From Bdellovibrionota bacterium (GTDB lineage Bacteria > Bdellovibrionota_C > UBA2361 > OMII01), in contig JBIIOE010000002.1 of the NCBI GenBank assembly GCA_044337105.1, positions 5,511-69,510 of the forward strand: 64,000 nucleotides of DNA, read 5' to 3'. The notes under the pieces were generated by a model. It saw nothing but the letters and a program-made list of their open reading frames with translations. It did no database searches and was not told the origin of the DNA. Shown in pieces: positions 9,903-18,000 of this stretch; position 1 is the first letter of the stretch, and every line of letters starts with the position of its first letter. A program made the translations under genes and the position numbers.

Positions 9903-10133
9903 CGCGCAAACGCTGTTTGTTGCGAGGTGGTAGGTTCCTCTTAGGCATTGCATCGGCTAAATCCCTTGCGGGGGAGGCATTTTGCTGTGGCCGTTTGCGG
10001 GGTATTTCAGACGCAAGTAGGGGTGGCTCCTCCCCAACGATTGCAACCAAAACAAAAAAGAGGCAGAAAGTGCGTTGCGTTATTGCCGAGCTCGCTTTGT
10101 TGCGAACTCGGTATGTCTTTGGGAGAAAAATTC

Positions 10134-10958
10134 ATGGTACGAAAAATTTCGTTGGGGATGCTATGCGCACTTGTAGTGTGTGTTTCCCCGTTTTCGGCGC
10201 AGGCCCAGGAACTGTCACAGAACCTGAGAGACCTGTCGGTCAAAGCAACGCCGGCCCCAGCTCCTGTCTCGTGTGAGCCCCCGGCCAAGGATCCGTCCGT
10301 ATGGGACAAGAGCCTCTTGTTCGGGTTGAACTACACCGAAGGTAACACCAAGACCACCAACATCAACTTGGGTGGAGTTGCCGCGCGTGATTACGAGAAC
10401 AACGCATGGAGATTCCAGGCGGACTACAACTACGGTAGTGCTGCGAATAGTGCGAACGATCCCAAAGAGGAGAACAAGAACAACATTCGCGCTCTGGCCG
10501 ACTACCGACGCGTTCTCGATAATCGCTGGTTCGCGGGAGCGGGGGCTGCGTTTGCGCACGATGAGATCGCAGACTTGAAGTATCGAGCTGTTCTCAGTCC
10601 ATCTCTGGGTGCATACGTACTGCGGGATGATGATGTGAAGTTCAGCTTGGAGGCTGGTCCTTCATACGTCTGGGAGAAGCTCGGTGACGAGGACGACAAC
10701 TTCGCTGCTGCGCGCATTGCAAATCGCTTCGAGTGGGAGTTCAGCGAAACTTCGAAATTGTTCGAATACACCGAGTATTTGGTGAGCTTCGAGGATGCTG
10801 ATCAGTACCTTATCAACGCCGAGGTCGGCTTGGAGACGGCACTGAATTCCTTCATGAGCCTCGTTATTTCCGTGAAGGACTACTACATAAACCAACCTGC
10901 TGAAGATCGAGTTCCAAACGACGTGATCACGATTACAGCACTCAAGGTTACCTTGTAA
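10134..10958 (+). CDS. DUF481 family outer-membrane beta-barrel protein (YdiY-like)
   Basis: Signal peptide 'MVRKISLGMLCALVVCVSPFSAQA' and alternating amphipathic beta-strands. 'GLNYTEGNTKTTN...WRFQADYNYG' resembles DUF481. The start was chosen at an internal ATG. Confidence 0.6.
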   Translation: MVRKISLGMLCALVVCVSPFSAQAQELSQNLRDLSVKATPAPAPVSCEPPAKDPSVWDKSLLFGLNYTEGNTKTTNINLGGVAARDYENNAWRFQADYNYGSAANSANDPKEENKNNIRALADYRRVLDNRWFAGAGAAFAHDEIADLKYRAVLSPSLGAYVLRDDDVKFSLEAGPSYVWEKLGDEDDNFAAARIANRFEWEFSETSKLFEYTEYLVSFEDADQYLINAEVGLETALNSFMSLVISVKDYYINQPAEDRVPNDVITITALKVTL

Positions 10959-10981
10959 TAGAATTAGGGGAGACAAAAATC

Positions 10982-11401
10982 ATGGCTATCGAAACGGTTG
11001 GTAAGAAGGCTTTTGGGCTGGTCGACGAGTTCAAGGCGTTCGCCTTCAAGGGCAATGTCGTTGATCTCGCCGTGGGTGTGATCATCGGAGCTGCATTCGG
11101 AAAGATTGTGGATTCGTTGGTGAAGAACATCATAATGCCGACTGTTTCGGTGCTGCTCCCCGGTGACCAGAGCTACGTTGGATGGAAGTTCATCTTCAAC
11201 GGGAAAGAGATACCGTATGGGCTCTTCCTGGGGGAGGTTGTGAACTTCATCATCGTTGCTCTGGCTTTATTCCTCTTCATTGTAAAGTTCCTCGGTTGGA
11301 TGATGCGAAGTAAGGCGGTCGAGACTGCGGCGCCCCCGGCTTTGACTAAGGATCAGGAGCTACTGGTAGAGATTCGCGACCTTCTGCAGAAGCGAACCTA
11401 G
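10982..11401 (+). CDS. mscL: large-conductance mechanosensitive channel MscL
   Basis: 'FKAFAFKGNVVDLAVGVIIGAAFGKIVDSLVKNIIMP' is the canonical MscL TM1 signature. Length 139 aa. Confidence 0.9.
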   Translation: MAIETVGKKAFGLVDEFKAFAFKGNVVDLAVGVIIGAAFGKIVDSLVKNIIMPTVSVLLPGDQSYVGWKFIFNGKEIPYGLFLGEVVNFIIVALALFLFIVKFLGWMMRSKAVETAAPPALTKDQELLVEIRDLLQKRT

Positions 11402-11413
11402 TAGTAGGACCCA

Positions 11414-11452
11414 AAGATCGTCATCGCTAAGCGATGACGATCTTCTCGGTTT
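11414..11452 (+). terminator. rho-independent terminator-like hairpin after mscL
   Basis: Perfect 13-14 bp stem AAGATCGTCATCGC/GCGATGACGATCTT with a TAA loop, followed by a T-rich stretch CTCGGTTTCG. Confidence 0.6.
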
Positions 11453-11491
11453 CGAGGTCCCTTCGAATATTGGTGAAGGGGAGCTAAGCGC

Positions 11492-12877
11492 GTGCTCAAT
11501 AGGTATTCCCTCATGTGTCGTCTACCTCTCTTGTCCTTGCTCGGAGCGATTGCCCTGGGTGTGTTCTGTGCTTGTGTGCCGATTGCGCCAGCCTTTGCGC
11601 AGAGTAAACAGGATGAAGGATTCGAAACTGCCCCAGTTCTTGTTGCATCAAAGGTGCTTCCTCTCAAGCTTCTCAAGGGTGCTCATTACTCAATCGACGA
11701 GCGAGTGGTAAATGACGGATATTTCAACACCTATACCGTTCGAACGTCCTTCGGCATATTTAAACCGGCGGGGCGCCCGTTGCTCGAGATTCGCATCAAG
11801 GAGATTCAGGCCATAGCTGAACTCGACAAGCTCGCGAGCACGCAGGTTTTCGTCGATGCCGCAGCGAGCACCGGAAAGAGTGTGTTGCTGGCGCCGGTGC
11901 GGGCAGCCGAGAAGGTGGTCGATACCGTGTCGGATCCGGACAAGATGATTGACACGGTCAAGGCTGTTCCTCGGGGGGCGCAGCGGCTCTTTTCATGGGC
12001 GGCACGCCAGGTTGAGAGTGCCTACGAGGCGGCTGGCGATCTCGTTTCATCTGACAAGGATAAGAGCGACAAAGGTGCGGCCGACGAAAAGGGTTTCAGT
12101 ACTACAGAGGTGCTGAAGCAAGGTAAGAATTTCGGTCTGGGATTCATAGGATACAATAAACGCGAGCGTGAGTGGTTTCGTAAACTTCAGGTGAGTCCAT
12201 ATACCTCGAATCATGTTTTGAAAGACGAAGTTGTGCGTGTTGCGGCGATCGAAACTGCGGTAGGTGTCGCCTTCAAGTTCGTTCCCTCTATCTCCTTTCT
12301 GAGTGAGCTCAACACTTTTAATACGTGGTATGGTAGGGCCGAGAAGTTGGCTCTCTACGAGGAGCCTGACAGTATCCGCAACAAAACGCGCGCGGACCTT
12401 GTGTCACTCGGAGTATCCGAGGAGCTCATCAAAGGATTCCTAGCTCATAAAGCGTACACACCGTGGTCACAAAGGCTCATCAGCTCTTCATTGGTATCGA
12501 TCGGCCCCTCTGTAAAAGGCCATGCAAATTTCGTGCGTGCAGCTCTCGAGGCTAATGACGAAGCTACTGCACTGTATTTCGTCGCAGTAGCGGAGCAGCT
12601 CGCAGAGACGCATCAAGCGCGCCCGCTCGACCGCATCGTTGCATCCCTCTGTCTCCCGGCGGGTGTGTTACGGGATGGAACGCTCTTCCTGCCGCTGCAG
12701 GTCGATTACTTGGTATGGACCAAGGAAGTTGCCAAGGTCTTTACCGACTTCTCCAAGAGGGTTGTAGTGCCTGAGCGGTGTAAAAAGGCGGAGGTACACA
12801 TCATTGGAGATTTAAGCCCACGCGCCAAGATGGAGCTGGCTCGGATAGGGGTAGTGCTCACGGTTGAGCGATCCTAG
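11492..12877 (+). CDS. hypothetical secreted protein or lipoprotein
   Basis: Signal peptide with a Cys near the cleavage region. No recognisable domain. Confidence 0.4.
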   Translation: MLNRYSLMCRLPLLSLLGAIALGVFCACVPIAPAFAQSKQDEGFETAPVLVASKVLPLKLLKGAHYSIDERVVNDGYFNTYTVRTSFGIFKPAGRPLLEIRIKEIQAIAELDKLASTQVFVDAAASTGKSVLLAPVRAAEKVVDTVSDPDKMIDTVKAVPRGAQRLFSWAARQVESAYEAAGDLVSSDKDKSDKGAADEKGFSTTEVLKQGKNFGLGFIGYNKREREWFRKLQVSPYTSNHVLKDEVVRVAAIETAVGVAFKFVPSISFLSELNTFNTWYGRAEKLALYEEPDSIRNKTRADLVSLGVSEELIKGFLAHKAYTPWSQRLISSSLVSIGPSVKGHANFVRAALEANDEATALYFVAVAEQLAETHQARPLDRIVASLCLPAGVLRDGTLFLPLQVDYLVWTKEVAKVFTDFSKRVVVPERCKKAEVHIIGDLSPRAKMELARIGVVLTVERS

Positions 12878-12937
12878 TTTCCCGTACATCCGTGGCTAAA
12901 AATGGTGTTCTTGAGGACGGGAATAATCTACTCGACC

Positions 12938-12985
12938 AAGAAGGTCGTTGTCGCTTGTCGATAACGACCTTCTTAAGGTCTCGTT
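12938..12985. terminator. bidirectional terminator hairpin between convergent genes
   Basis: 12-bp stem AAGAAGGTCGTT/AACGACCTTCTT with a 13-nt loop, lying between the stop of 11492..12877 (+) and the stop of 12993..13262 (-). Confidence 0.5.
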
Positions 12986-12992
12986 TCTGATC

Positions 12993-13262
12993 TTACCGGC
13001 CCGCTGATTCGCCACCCGGCTGATTGCGAGATGCCTTCTGACTGCGAGCTTCCCCACCGAGCCGGCCGATCGCAGCCATGTGTGCGCGATCTCGACTAAC
13101 TGCTTCGCCACCCTTTCTGCCCGCTTCACGGGCCTCTTCTGGTGTGAATTCATGGGCATGCCCTCGCTGATGGGCTATCTTGCCGCCTTTGCTGGCTATC
13201 TGGCGTTGCTTCTCTGCATCCATGGACGCAAAGCCGCGACCTGATTTCTTGTTATTTGCCAT
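12993..13262 (-). CDS. KGG-repeat general stress protein (YciG/Con-10 family)
   Basis: Repeated 'KGG' blocks ('ASKGGKIAHQRGH...EEAREAGRKGGEA'). Confidence 0.8.
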   Translation of the reverse strand: MANNKKSGRGFASMDAEKQRQIASKGGKIAHQRGHAHEFTPEEAREAGRKGGEAVSRDRAHMAAIGRLGGEARSQKASRNQPGGESAGR

Positions 13263-13433
13263 ATCACCTCCGTATACGACGGTTGCTCAATAGCTTTAGA
13301 CCGTAACAGAGGGGCATGTTTCGCCCGTATGATACGGGTTCGGTGGTATGGACATTGAGAGTGTCCGAAGTCGAAAAAGAACGGACTCGAGAAGAGGCGA
13401 GAGATCGGTGAATACGCTCGTCATCGTACTAAC

Positions 13434-13502
13434 CTATAGTGATGTTGAGCAAAAGCCTTGCCGGTTTTACTGGTACGGACTTTTGCACATCGCTATAGCG
13501 TT
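13434..13502. repeat. hairpin repeat, family 2, copy 2 (hairpin-1 module only)
   Basis: CTATAGTGATGT...ACATCGCTATAG stem with loop GAGCAAAAGCCTTGCCGGTTTTACTGGTACGGACTTTTGC. Near-identical to 21059..21122. Confidence 0.7.
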
Positions 13503-13675
13503 CTCTCGCTTGCCCAGGGGGTAGTCGTTGGCTGAGGAGTCCTTATCACAGAGAGTCCGGAGAGTGGGCGGAAATGCCCCGATTCCGGCAATGGTGCTTG
13601 GTCCAATCTGGAACCGAGATGCTCCGGGAAAAAGATCTCACAAGGAGAATGGCGAGAGCAGCGAGGAGATGTTGA

Positions 13676-15169
13676 TCAACGACGCTTGCTACCGCCAGTC
13701 AGAGAGCCGAAGATCCCACGCAGGATCGACTTGCCTAACTGATTTCCGACCGAGCGGGCAGTGCTCACGACGATCGCCTCGAGTGGGCTCTGACGCGATC
13801 GCTTTCCGCCGCTTCCAGTGAAGATAGAGGAGAATATCGAACCCGACGATGCTTGCTCGGCTTTCTCCTTTGACGCAGTCTGCTCCGCAGCCTCGACCTT
13901 CTTCGTGAGGATTTCGTAGGCCGATTCACGGTCGATACTCTTCTCGTACACGCCATGGACGACCGACTGTTTGATTATCTCAGCGCGCTCCTCAGGTGTA
14001 ATTGGCCCCAGCCTGCTCGACGGTGGAGCTATGAGAGCCCGCTGAGCGATGGTCGGGGTTCCGTGCTCGTCGAGCAGTGATACGACCGCCTCACCAATCG
14101 CAAGCTCCCCGATCGCTTCCTGGAGGTTAGTCGACCCGTCTGAGCGAAAGGTCTCTGCGGTTGCTCTGAGCGCCTTCTGGTCCTTTGCCGTGAAGGCTCT
14201 CAGCGCGTGTTGGACCCGATTGCCAAGCTGAGCCAGGACCGAATCAGCTATGTCGAGAGGGCTTTGGGAGACGAAGTACACTCCAACACCCTTGGAACGA
14301 ATGAGCCGGACAACCTGCTCAATTTTGTCGAGAAGGGCTTTAGGGGCCTCGTCGAAGAGGAGGTGTGCTTCGTCGAAAAAGAACACCATCTTCGGTTTTG
14401 CAACGTCTCCGATCTCTGGGAGTCGTTCAAAAAGCTCGGAGAGGAGCCACAGCAAAAAGGTCGAATAGATGGCAGGAGACATCATCAGCTTATCCGCACT
14501 GAGGATGTTGATGACGCCGCGCCCCTTGTGATCGGTTTGGATGAGATCATCGATGTTGAGGGAGGGCTCACCAAAGAACTTGTCACCACCAGCCTCCTGG
14601 AGTGAAAGCAGGGCGCGCTGAATCGCTCCAACACTGGCAGGTGAGACGTTGCCATATTGCAACGTGAAGTTCTTGGCGTTCTCCCCCACATGTACCAGCA
14701 TCGCCTGCAAATCTTTGAGGTCGAGCAGCAACATGCCTGCGTCGTCTGCAGCCTTGAATACTAGGTTGAGTACGCCCGACTGCGTGTCGTTTAAGTTCAG
14801 TAGCCTACCAAGTAGGAAAGGTCCGACCTCGGAGATGGTTGTTCGAACCGGATGCCCCTGTTCACCGAAAACATCCCAGAAGACGACCGGGAAGGACGAT
14901 GGCGCCCAGTCCTCGATGCCGAGAGACGAAAGTCTTTGTGACAGCTTGTCATTCATTGCGCCGGGCTGGCTCAGGCCTGCGAGGTCTCCCTTCACATCTG
15001 CCATGAATACAGGAACCCCCATGCGGCTGAAGCCCTCGGCGAGGACTCGTAACGTGACGGTCTTACCGGTGCCTGTGGCGCCAGCGATAAGTCCGTGGCG
15101 GTTCGCCATACCAGGGACGAGCTGTACCGCTGAATTCGCGCCTTTGCCTACGAGAAGATCGTTCTCCAT
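13676..15169 (-). CDS. HerA-like/DUF853 P-loop ATPase (YjgR family)
   Basis: Walker A 'IAGATGTGKTV', Walker B 'MVFFFDEAHLLF', and an N-terminus 'LLVGKG...MANRHGLIAGATGTGKT' like E. coli YjgR. About 500 aa. Confidence 0.75.
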   Translation of the reverse strand: MENDLLVGKGANSAVQLVPGMANRHGLIAGATGTGKTVTLRVLAEGFSRMGVPVFMADVKGDLAGLSQPGAMNDKLSQRLSSLGIEDWAPSSFPVVFWDVFGEQGHPVRTTISEVGPFLLGRLLNLNDTQSGVLNLVFKAADDAGMLLLDLKDLQAMLVHVGENAKNFTLQYGNVSPASVGAIQRALLSLQEAGGDKFFGEPSLNIDDLIQTDHKGRGVINILSADKLMMSPAIYSTFLLWLLSELFERLPEIGDVAKPKMVFFFDEAHLLFDEAPKALLDKIEQVVRLIRSKGVGVYFVSQSPLDIADSVLAQLGNRVQHALRAFTAKDQKALRATAETFRSDGSTNLQEAIGELAIGEAVVSLLDEHGTPTIAQRALIAPPSSRLGPITPEERAEIIKQSVVHGVYEKSIDRESAYEILTKKVEAAEQTASKEKAEQASSGSIFSSIFTGSGGKRSRQSPLEAIVVSTARSVGNQLGKSILRGIFGSLTGGSKRR

Positions 15170-15418
15170 GTTCTGTTCCTTTGCGGGATTTTCCGCTGCT
15201 TCGTGGACGGTATAGCCGCAAATCGCGTCAGAGGCCAGTGGTGTATATAGTCAGGTTTCCTGATTCCCCACATATCTATGAGATTCCCCTATCTGCGGTC
15301 GGGGGATCTCTGAATTACAGCAATCAAAGCGTAAGCTGGTCGGATTTTTGAGTCCCTAGTGTGCAGGCGGGTTTGGATCCGACCGAGTTTTACAACACAG
15401 AGTTGAGGGAAGAGGCTG

Positions 15419-16582
15419 ATGAACGCTGCTGAAAAGATACACGAGGATGCTACAACCTTCTCGGAGACCTCCTGGCTACAAGCCCGGAACTATGCTGATG
15501 CGCTTGGTCGACCACCTGCCTCGGTAGAGTCTCTGATTAGGAAATTGTTGGTGGATGCAGAGACGGACCCGTGGGGGCTTAGTGAAGTTGGGCGATACTT
15601 TCTGGGTAGATTCTTCGCAAGCCGTTCATTTCAGTCACCGTACTTCCATGCCATCTCCTTGTTCAAAAAAGAGCGGCTTCAACCCGAGGATGAACCGTTT
15701 ATAACCAGGGATTTCCTTGAATCGTTCTCTGGCGCAGAGCATGCGGTATTGACTGGGCTCATCTTCTTACATCGCATGGCGCGTCGTGGAGTGGACCGTG
15801 ATCTCATAGCGGGTGTAGACGAGTGGCTACAGCGCGGCGTGAACCTTGGCTGGTACATCGGGAAGGCGTTGAAACCCGTTGGGACGGAGGCGGGGATGCT
15901 GGCGGGAAGCCTGCGCTGGATAGGGCTGCTTCCCTTCGCAAAACGCGATCCTCAGGGGCTCAAAAAGTACATGAAGCACCTCAAATCTCAGAACTTAGCA
16001 ACCACGGATCCAAACTACGAGTTCGATCAGTGGTATTGTACGTCGCTTCAAGTGGGATTGATCCTCCTCCAACGGCTGGGATTCGAAATGAGCAAGCTGG
16101 TACCGCTGATGCGTGCCATGACTACCAACTCCCCGATTCCATCGCAGGATCCTACCGAGCGTGCGTATAGAGTTGTCGAGGTGTGGACGCGCTACTTGTT
16201 AGAGGTGCGTAAGGCGCCCGCAGTTCCCCTGCAGCCCACGTACTACCTGAGCCAAGAGAAAATGGACCAGATTTCAGAGCAAGTTTTAATGAACCAAGAG
16301 TCGCGTATCTTTAATTGGCTCTCTGCCCATCATTCGTTCCTAACGCCAGACACCGCCCCACAACTCTTCTGTGGGCATTTGTCTGATGACTCTGCTCAGG
16401 CGGGAGCGGACGGGGAATCAGGCGAGCTGGAAGAGGGCTCTACAGAGGTGCTAGTTTTGCAAGACGAGCAGATACCGCCGTTGGCAAGCCAGGTCACAGG
16501 GCTCTCAGATGATGCCGAGTGCGTCGCCTTGGCGATGCCCGAGGGGCTTACAGAAGAGGAGGCGGCTATCCTCGACGAATAA
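15419..16582 (+). CDS. hypothetical protein with acidic C-terminal tail
   Basis: 387-aa soluble ORF with good codon usage. No family recognised. Confidence 0.4.
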   Translation: MNAAEKIHEDATTFSETSWLQARNYADALGRPPASVESLIRKLLVDAETDPWGLSEVGRYFLGRFFASRSFQSPYFHAISLFKKERLQPEDEPFITRDFLESFSGAEHAVLTGLIFLHRMARRGVDRDLIAGVDEWLQRGVNLGWYIGKALKPVGTEAGMLAGSLRWIGLLPFAKRDPQGLKKYMKHLKSQNLATTDPNYEFDQWYCTSLQVGLILLQRLGFEMSKLVPLMRAMTTNSPIPSQDPTERAYRVVEVWTRYLLEVRKAPAVPLQPTYYLSQEKMDQISEQVLMNQESRIFNWLSAHHSFLTPDTAPQLFCGHLSDDSAQAGADGESGELEEGSTEVLVLQDEQIPPLASQVTGLSDDAECVALAMPEGLTEEEAAILDE

Positions 16583-16614
16583 GAGGATGGCTTCGCGAGT
16601 GGTTCGACCGCGAT

Positions 16615-17757
16615 CTATACTCGGCCGGCGAACGAGGGCTCGCCGAAAGCTTTTTGCCTCAGACTCTCCAAGTGCAGTTGTACTTCGTCAGGCAAATGTA
16701 TGCCCCCGCTACCAGTAAACTCCTCAGCGGTCATATCGCGGTATACGCGGTAGGCGCGCTGTGCATCCTTGGTGCCGGGGAACTCGTTGATACATTGCTC
16801 GAGGTACATACCTGCCCAGCTTTCCGCAAAATAGCCAGGCAGCGAGCTGTACGCGAAGCCGAGTAGGTATAATCCGCGGCGGCGTTGTTCGGGTGTAACG
16901 CTTTCCTTCTCGAGCACATCGTGGATCATCGCTGTTCCACGTAGCAGGGAGACATCGTCTTGATAGTACTCGAGGCCTCGGGCAGCGCCGGCAACGACGA
17001 GTTTTTCCCCGGCAGCGAGCGGATCCTTCTCCGTAGGAGCCTTGCCCGCACGCCATTTCTCTAGGCTCTGCATCCACCCGCGAACCTCGTGCGCGTCCTC
17101 CTCGGGAAGTTTCGAAGTGGCGAGTACGTCTTTAAAAAGAGCGATTCCCTCGTTCGGGCTCTTGTTGATCCGCGTGACGACTATCAAAAGGTTACGCAGG
17201 GCTTCGTCGTAGGAGAATCTGAAGTTGGGATCCTTGAGGACTTGGAGCAACGCTTCCTGAGCCTGAGCGAACTGTCGGGTTGCTAATAGGAATCGCGCAC
17301 GCTCGAGGTTGTTCAGGGACGGGTCGATAGCGCCCTCGTTTGCATAGGTAGTCGAAACTTTGTAGGTCGCATGGCACGCAAAGCAGCTTGAGGGGATCCC
17401 TCGCGCCCGCCACCACGCATACGAGACCCTGCCTTCCGAAAATCGGCGCGTGGCGTCGTCGAGAAGGTCGCTCATCAGGGTGAGGTTCTCCTTGAAGCCC
17501 GGCACCTTTTGATAGCGGCTGGGTATATTTTCGAGCGAGTGAAAGTTCGTACGTAAGCCTTGAAGAAGTGTGCCCACCTTCTCCTTGTTGGCCGGATCGG
17601 AGAATTCATCTTGGTCGGCGATAAAGGGCTGAAGCTCGCGCAGGGGGGTCAGCAGGCTGTGCATGCCTTCTTTGACATTTTGAGCCCGAGCGGGCTCGGC
17701 TAGAAACAGAGAGAGACCTAGCGCAGCGATTGTCAGTGTGAGGTGGCTTTTCTTCAT
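16615..17757 (-). CDS. secreted protein with a single CxxCH heme-binding motif (putative c-type cytochrome / helical-repeat protein)
   Basis: Signal peptide. 'SSCFACHATYK' is the only CxxCH. The remainder is predicted helical. Confidence 0.45.
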   Translation of the reverse strand: MKKSHLTLTIAALGLSLFLAEPARAQNVKEGMHSLLTPLRELQPFIADQDEFSDPANKEKVGTLLQGLRTNFHSLENIPSRYQKVPGFKENLTLMSDLLDDATRRFSEGRVSYAWWRARGIPSSCFACHATYKVSTTYANEGAIDPSLNNLERARFLLATRQFAQAQEALLQVLKDPNFRFSYDEALRNLLIVVTRINKSPNEGIALFKDVLATSKLPEEDAHEVRGWMQSLEKWRAGKAPTEKDPLAAGEKLVVAGAARGLEYYQDDVSLLRGTAMIHDVLEKESVTPEQRRRGLYLLGFAYSSLPGYFAESWAGMYLEQCINEFPGTKDAQRAYRVYRDMTAEEFTGSGGIHLPDEVQLHLESLRQKAFGEPSFAGRV

Positions 17758-18000
17758 AGGATATCTTCACCGAGGTCTATGGGCTGGTTGTCGTTCTATA
17801 GTTATATCATTCATACCTCACAGTTGAGTGACGAGCACCATGTCTTGTGGCTACGGGGAGAGGGGAGGGCCTATGCTCAGTTGGAGCTAGGAGAAGGGCC
17901 CCTCAAACGGTGACACGAACCGCTGAGAGTGGTACGTTCGAAGCCAGGGAAGCGACGCGTTCACGATCCTTTGCCCTTTCCTTAGTTTTCGGGGGTACGC

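Noticed and set aside
17840-17960. 'CCAGGGAAGCGACGCG' resembling the family-1 repeat end
   Set aside because: Only about 12 nt match and no opposing arm is present. Probably chance similarity in the valS promoter region.
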